Source: an uncultured Acidobacteriota bacterium (GTDB lineage Bacteria; Acidobacteriota; Vicinamibacteria; Vicinamibacterales; UBA2999). Taken from it: a stretch of 64,000 bases of DNA. Position numbers and translations under genes: made by a program. Shown piece by piece: positions 57,267-64,000 of the stretch. The stretch lies in assembly GCA_963807105.1 (NCBI GenBank), contig CAWEAM010000006.1, positions 90,292-154,291 of the forward strand, in the 5' to 3' direction. Position 1 is the stretch's first letter, and each line of letters starts with the position of its first letter. The notes under the pieces were generated by a model. The model made no database searches and was not told the DNA's origin. It saw nothing but the letters and a program-made list of their open reading frames with translations.

Positions 57267-58667
57267 GTGCGCATGAAATGTTTTCGCCTTGCTCGTGGCG
57301 ATCGCTGCTGCCGGTCAGCGGCCCACGCGCAGACCGCGCCGCTGCTGTTATCGCGTGTTTCTGACCGACGGGTCTTCGCTTGTCGAGCTTACGGCGAGTG
57401 GGCGCGAGTGGACGGGCGGGTCGTGTTCTCGATGCCGGTCACGCCCGGCGAGGATCGCCGACAGCTGCACCTCGTCTCGATTGCCAGCGAGCGTGTGGAC
57501 TGGTGCGCACCGAACAGTATGCCGACTCGGTCCGTGCCGCGCATTATGCGGCGCCATCGCGGCGAAGAAGACTTCGCCGCCTGAGCGCCGACGTCGCGCG
57601 CATTCTCAACGAAGTCGCGCTCGTCAAGGATCCGACCGAGCGCCTGGTCGTCGCCGAGCGCGCACGGCGCTCGCTCGCCGACTGGCCGGCGCGCGCATTA
57701 CGGCTATCGCGCCAAAGAAGTGCACAACATCCTCGGCAACGCTCGACGAGGTGATTGGATCGGCTTGCGCGCGGCGGCCGGTCTGGGGCGCTTCGATCTC
57801 GCGCTGGCGGCGACAACCCCGCCGCCGCCCTCCGAGCCGCTTCTCCCGGCACCGGATCAAGCGAACTCGGTGCAGCAGTTGATGACGGCGGCGACGCTGT
57901 GTCGACACCCGCCGAAAAGGTGTCGTTCCTGCAGACGGTTGATCGCGCGTGCTGGAGCGAGCGGTCGGCACTGCTTCCGGACGCGTGGGCCGCGGCGATC
58001 CGCGCCAGCGCGCTCGGTTCCATCGCCGAGGAGCAGAAGATCGACGCTGTCGTACGCGCGCCTGCGCGAGAACACGCTGCTCATCGCCTCGCGATATGCG
58101 GCGCGAGGCGATGTGCGCGCGCTCGAGCGGCTGCGCGAGTCGCTACCAGCGACAGGACGAGCGGCTCGGCGGCCGGCGTCCGGACGAGGATGATGGCGCT
58201 TGTCGGGGCCATCGACGCGCACCTTGCAGCTGCGCATCAGCGCGGCTGGCGCACGATCAGTGGATGCTCGCGCCGCGATCGTCTGCGCGCATACCAACGC
58301 GCCATCGCTGCGTCGATCTCGACGCTCTCGCGCGCGCAAGCGCGGCTCGACGATATCCGCGCGCTCGCCGGGCCGTCGCCGGTGGCGCCTGCGCCCGCTC
58401 GTCAGACGTGCTTGGCCGCGAGACGCGCGCGTGCTGTCGCGGCTCGACGCGCCGGCGAGCTGGCCGCGATTCACGCGCTGTTTCGCAGCGCCAGCGAGCT
58501 CGCGCTCAACGCCGCGCAGCCTGCGGCTCGATGCGGTCGAAGCCGCCGACCTGGAGCTGGCGCGCCGCGCGTCGTCGGCGGCGGCGGGCGCGCTGATGCT
58601 GCTGTCGCGGGCGAAAGCCGATCTCGACGCCGCGCTGCGGCCGCCGATGGCCGTGTCGGCGCAGTGA
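57267..58667 (+). CDS. Hypothetical exported alpha-helical protein, heavily frameshifted; first gene of the addAB-like operon
   Basis: YRVFLTDGSSL, YGEWARVDGRVVFSMP, LHLVSIASERVDW; C-terminal ASSAAAGALMLL. Stop overlaps the next GTG. Confidence 0.6.
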
Positions 58668-61600
58668 TCACGCCGCGCCGCACCCGGCTGCTGCGCGTCG
58701 CCGATCTCGCCGCGTTTCAAGCCGACGCTCATCGAGCGTCGCCGGCGCGCTGGAACCCGCCGACGCGCGCGACACCGTTTCTGCTCGTGCCGACGCGCGC
58801 CGCCGGCGAGCAACTGCGGCGCACGCTTCGAGGATCGTCTTCTCCACGATCGCGACGCGGCCGCTGATGCTGCCGATCGCTCGGCACCCGCGGCGACTGG
58901 TATGACAGAGCTCGCCGCGCGACTGCGCCACGCCGCCTCGCATGCTCGATGCGTTCGAGCGTGAAGTGATCCTCGGCGCGGTCGCCCGCGATCTCGTTGA
59001 CGAAGGTGTCGCGCCACCGTTCGAGATCCGCCCGGGCTCGTCGCCGAGATGCTCGCGCTCTACGATCTGGTGCGGCGTCTTGGCCGAGCGTGGCCGACTT
59101 CGATCGCAATTTTCGCGGCGAGCTCGAGAAGGATCGCGACACCGATCGCGGCGCCGAAAAACTTCTTCAGCAAACGGCTTTTCTTACGGCGGCGTTCACC
59201 GGCTACGAGGCGCGCCTGGCCGCTGCCGGAGCGCTCGACGAGCACGGACTGCGGGCGGCGCTCGTCGGATCAGGCGCTGAGCGCGACGCAGTCACCGCGC
59301 ATCGTGATCACGGTTGCCGATCGCGTCGCCGACCCCGACGGCCTCTGGCCGGCGGACTACGAGCTGCTGACGAAACTTCCGCAGCTGACTCAATCGACAT
59401 CATCTGCACCGAAGAGCTTGCTTGGCGCCGGGCTTCCTCGAACGGCTTCATGGCGTGCTTCCCGAGCTGCAGGAGGAACGACGCGGGGACCGCCATCAGG
59501 GGCCACCGCCGTTGCTCGCCGTGCCAGTCTCGCAGGGCAGGTAGGTCGCGGACTCGTCTTCAGCTATCGCGATCGCGAGGACGAGCTTGCGGCGTGTCGC
59601 AGCGGCTCAAGGCGGAGCAGCGCGGTGATCGCCGGCGGCGACGCTCCAGCGACGGCGAAGCGTCGCTGCTGCACCGCACGGCGCTGATCGTCCGGCGTCC
59701 ACTGCCGTATCTGTATCTCGCGCGTGACGTGTTTGGCGGCGCCGGCATGCCTTTCGAAACGCTCGACACGCTGCCGCTCGCGGCGGAGCCGTACGCCGCG
59801 GCACTCGATTTCGTGCTCGAAGCGGTCGGCGTCCGATTTCACGCGCGCGACGATCGTGGCACTGGCGCGCTCCCCGCATTTCCGTCTCCGCTGACGGCGC
59901 GAGCGTCGCCAGCCGCGCGCTCGCGGCGCTCGAACTTGCGCTCGCCGAAGCGCGCTATCTCGGCGGCTTCGAACGCCTGCGAGCAACTCGCGGGCGAGTG
60001 GGAGGCGATCGACGTGCCGTGCCTCGCGCGAGCAGCGGCGTCAGAAGGCGGCGGCGCCTGCGGCAACTGCGCTCGTGGCGGCGCTGCGAGCTTCTGCGGC
60101 TTGCGCCGATCGCTGAAGCGGCCGGTCGATCGAGCAATCGAAACGCTGCTCGCCTGGCTCACGCGGTTCGATCGACGAGCCGCGCAAGCGATGAGTCCGA
60201 CAGTTTCGCGCCGCCTGCGCGTGCGCGCGCGCCGTCGCTCGGCGCGTTGACGCGCTCTGGCCGAGGCCTATCGCGCGCACGACCCGGCGGCGACCGGCGG
60301 ATGTCGCGCACCGTGTCGGCCGCGATTCGCCGATGGCTTGGCAGCGCAGACGTTTGCGCTGTCGACGGGCGAGCCGGGCTTGCAGATCGTCGACGCGCAA
60401 GCGGCACGATTCGGCGACGTTTGATGACGTGCAGCTTGTCGGCCTGATCGACGGCGAGTGGCCGGAACGTTTTCGCCGCAACGTGCTTGTATCCGTCGTC
60501 GCTCCTCGCGCAGCTCGAGCCGCTGCCGCATGAATCCCGACCCGGCCGGCGCGAGCGCGACGCGCTGAACGCCGCGCGCGCGAGCTTTCGCGGATCTGCG
60601 TGCACGCTCGCGCGGCACGCGCGTGCGCGTGTCGTCGTTCGTCCTCGAAAACGACGCGGTGGTCGAACCGTCGATTCTGCTCGACGAGGTCGAGACATGT
60701 CGCGCTGTCACGCGCAGATCGCCGGCCGAGCCGGCCATGCGCGTGTTTCAAACCGAGGCGCTCGCGCTCGAACCCGGCGCGCTCGACGCCGTGCGCCGAG
60801 CCGCGCACGGCTCGTGGGCCGATGCGCGCGCCTGCGCGCGCGCCCAGACGCGACGGCAGCGGTTTCGGGGCGAGGCGGGCGCCTGGACGCTGCCGCGCGT
60901 CTCCGTGAGCCGCCTCGAGCGCTATCTCGATTGCCCATTTCGGTTTTTCGCGTCTGAAGTGCTGCGGCTCGAGGAGCAGCCCGAAGACGAGGACACGCGC
61001 ACGCCGCTCGAGCGCGGCCGCTTTCTGCACGAGCTGTTCGAGCGGTTCTTCTCCGAATGGCAGCGCCGCGGGCATCGACGCATCGATTCCGGCGTCGTTG
61101 CCGGAAGCGCAGCGAACTCTTTACTGAGCTGTGCGAGGAGGCGCTCGCCACGCCTGTCGCCCGCGGAAGCGACGCTCGAGCGGGCGCGGCTCCTCGGGTC
61201 GGCGGTCAGCCCGGGGATCGCGCACCGTGTCTTTGCGATGGAAGCGGAACGCGCCGTCGACGTCGTCGAGCGCCTTCTCGAGTTTCCGCTGCAGGGCGAC
61301 TTTCGATTCCGTGGCGCGCGATGGGCGCGAGCGCACCGTCACGCTGAGCGCCAAGACCGATCGCATCGATCTGCTCGCCGACGGCACGATGCGGGTGATC
61401 GACTACAAGTCGAAGAAGACGCCGGACCTGAAGGTCGCCCTGCAGTTGCCGATCTACAGTCTCTGCGCGCGGCGCTGCGCTCGAGGACACCGCGATCGGC
61501 GCTGGACGCTGGCCGAGGCGATCTATCTGTCGTTCGAAGGCGACAAGGCGGTGGTGCCGTTCAGAGCCAAGAGGCGCGCACGATGGACGGAGCTGATTGC

Positions 61601-61744
61601 CGACGCGCAGGATCGGCTGCTGGCGACACTCGACGACATTGCCGCGGGACATTTTCCACCGCGCCCGCTGAAGAAGTCGATGTGCGGTCCGTGTCCGTAC
61701 GTCAGCGGTCTGCCGTCTCGAGTACGTCGAAGGCAGCAGCATGA
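58664..61744 (+). CDS. addB: AddB-like ATP-dependent nuclease subunit (PD-(D/E)XK nuclease), heavily frameshifted
   Basis: LLVPTRAAGEQLRRT, SYRDREDEL, SVSRLERYLDCPFRFFA, RGRFLH, DRIDL, VIDYKS, LQLPIY, CGPCPY (Fe-S cysteines). Confidence 0.8.
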
Positions 61745-64000
61745 GGCTGACCAGCCGCGCTTTGAACTTCGAGGCGCGCGACCGCTCGAGCGACGCGACG
61801 CGCGAGGCGCGCCGCCTGGCGGTCGATCCGACGCGCAACGTCGCCCTCGAAGCATCGGCTGGTACCGGCAAGACGCGCGTGCTGGTCGATCGCTACGTCG
61901 GCCTCCTGGTGTCCGGCGTCAAGCCGCGCAACATCCTCGCGATCACTTTCACGCGCAAGGCCGCTGCCGAAATGCGGCAGCGGATTCTGGACGATCTGGC
62001 GAGGCGCCACCGCGAGGGAAGCTTTGACCCCGAGCTGTGGCGCGATATCCGCGCGAGCATCACCGACATCACCATCGCCACGATCGATGCGTTTTGTCTG
62101 ACCCTGCTGCGTGAGTTTCCGCTCGAGGCCGACATCGATCCGGGCTTCGAGCTGGCGGACGAGACCGAAACGCCGCGTCTGGTCGGCGAGGCGCTGGATC
62201 AAGACCTTGCGCATCGGCCGCGCGCTGACGATCGACGTCGCCCGAGTGGCGCTCCTCTTCGCCGAGCTGGGGAGTACCGCCTGCGCGAAGGGCTGGCGCG
62301 GCTGATTGACCGGCGGCTCGTTGCCGACGCCGCGCTCACCCGCTTTCTGCGTGCGACGGCGCGCGACGCGAGCATCGATGCGGCAGTCGCGCAGCTGCTG
62401 TCACGTCTGCGCGCCGCGTTTGCGAGCGTCGCCGGGGGTCTCGAGGGCTTTCTCGCCAGCGGTCCGCGCCATCCGGATTTCGATCTGATGGCGCGCGATC
62501 TCCGGCAGCTGCTCGAGGATCCCGCGCTGCTCGCCCGTCGATCGTGCAGGCGCTGCTCGAGCGCGTGCGCGAACATCTGCTGACGCAAAGCGGCGAGCCG
62601 CGCAAGCGCCTGACCTATCGGCAAGGACGAATTTCGATCCGCCGCGCGACTACGAGCGCCATGCGGCGGCGGTGGCGGCGCTCGGGCCATATCTGGTCGA
62701 CGCGCTGGCCAGCTATCGAGCGCGAAATCAACGTGGTGCTGGCGCGGGCGGTGCGCCGGCTGCTTGACGATTGCGCTGGAGCAGTACGATCGCATCCTTC
62801 GCAAGCACGGCGTGCTCGACTTTCCGGAGGTGCTCAAGCGCACGCTGATGCTGCTGTCGCAGATGGACGAGTTCTCGCGCAGCCGCTACAAGCTCGAAGC
62901 GCGCTATCAGCACGTGCTGGTCGACGAGTTTCAGGACACCAGCCGCGCCCAGTGGGAGCTCGTCGAGCTGCTCGTGCGGTCGTGGTCGGAGGGGCATGGG
63001 CCTCATCGATACCGACCGCCAGCCCACGGTGTTCATCGTCGGCGATCGCAAGCAGTCGATCTACGGTTTTCGTGACGCCGAAGTCGCGGTGCTCGACGAG
63101 GCAGCGCGCGTACATCGAGGCGCTCCGTCCGATGGGCCAGGTCCGCACCGCGATCACGCGCAGCTTTCGCTCGGTTCGCGAACTGCTGGCGTTTGTCAAC
63201 GATCTTGTTCGGCGACGGTGACGAAGGCGCCGAGCGCGTCCGACGCATTTCGCTATGGCGACGACGATCGGTTTCCGGTGGCCTCCGTCGAGGCGACCGG
63301 AACTCGAACCGCTGGCGTGATTGCGCGCGACGTCGGACGAGGCGCAGGCGGAAGCCGTGGCCGAAGAGATCGCCGCGCTGCTCGGACGCGGCGCGACGGT
63401 CCGCGATCGCGACACGCGGCGTTCGCCGCGCGGCGCGGCCGGGCGACATCGGCATCCTGTTCCGCACGCGCGAGGGCCATCGTCTCTTCGAAGATGCGCT
63501 GGCGCGCCGGCGCGTGCCGTTTTACGTCTACAAAGGTCTCGGGCTTTTTCGACGCCGACGAGATCAAGGACGTCCTCGCGCTGCTCGGGTTTCTTGCCAA
63601 TCCTGCATCCGAGCTTCGCGCCGCGGCGTTTCTGCGATCGCGTTTTGTGCAGGTCTGCGGATGCGGCACTCAAGCCGCTGGCGCCCGAGCTCGCGCGGTC
63701 GCTGATCAGCCCCGGGCGAACCGCCAGCGGCGCTGGCGCGTCCTCGACGCTGACGATCGCCTTCGTTCTCGAGCTTGCGCGCGTCGACGTGCCGCGCTGG
63801 CTTCGCTGGTCGACAAATTGCCGCCGGCGGAACTGCTCGATCGAGTGCTGGCCGAGTCCGCATACGCCGGCGGAGATGCGCGGCCAGTCGTACCGTCAAG
63901 CGCGGGAGAACCTGAAGAAGATCCGCAGCGCTCGTCCGCCGGCATGCAGAACCGCGGCTACGCCACGCTCGATCGCATCGTCGACTACTTCTCGCAGCTC
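61741..64000 (+). CDS. addA: AddA-like UvrD helicase/nuclease subunit, frameshifted, runs off the window
   Basis: EASAGTGKT, ILAITFTRKAAAEMRQR, TIDAFC, VLVDEFQDTS, VGDRKQSIYGFR, SFRS, DIGILFR. Confidence 0.88.

Noticed and set aside
58664-64000. Helicase plus nuclease pair as a novel anti-phage defence system
   Set aside because: Motif order and gene arrangement match housekeeping AddAB recombination genes.

Overview
High-GC bacterial chromosomal window, most likely Acidobacteriota (Vicinamibacteria-like). This is inferred from two ADOP-type duplicated permeases, an acidobacterial PadR, a TIGR02999-type ECF sigma factor and Ser/Thr kinases with PD40 propellers. The first 11 kb is a phospho-signalling cluster: two membrane Ser/Thr kinases, an ECF sigma factor, a wHTH-FHA regulator and a secreted PI3/4K- or Fam20-like atypical kinase, interrupted by a GT2 and a flippase. 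It is followed by accessory genes: an NHL protein, an internally deleted GH13 amylase, a symporter/M28/S9 peptidase operon with an uncalled 38-aa membrane protein, dodecin/LysM/DUF6766, MocR, ankyrin, L,D-transpeptidase, nitrilase, a large extracellular nuclease, permeases, PqiA, MscL, a PQQ dehydrogenase, a flap endonuclease, TetR/DinB and asparaginase. The window ends in an addB-addA-like operon. Frameshifts cluster at 26.6-28.1, 45.6-50.3 and 56.7-64 kb and look like long-read consensus errors. No rRNA, tRNA, CRISPR array, transposase or prophage was seen. The best non-coding leads are a riboswitch-like leader before the ankyrin gene, an 11-bp-phased array of DnaA-box-like motifs upstream of the addAB operon, 9-nt-periodic palindromic intergenic repeats, and a leaderless TetR promoter with a perfect operator. 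All calls were made by eye without database searches.
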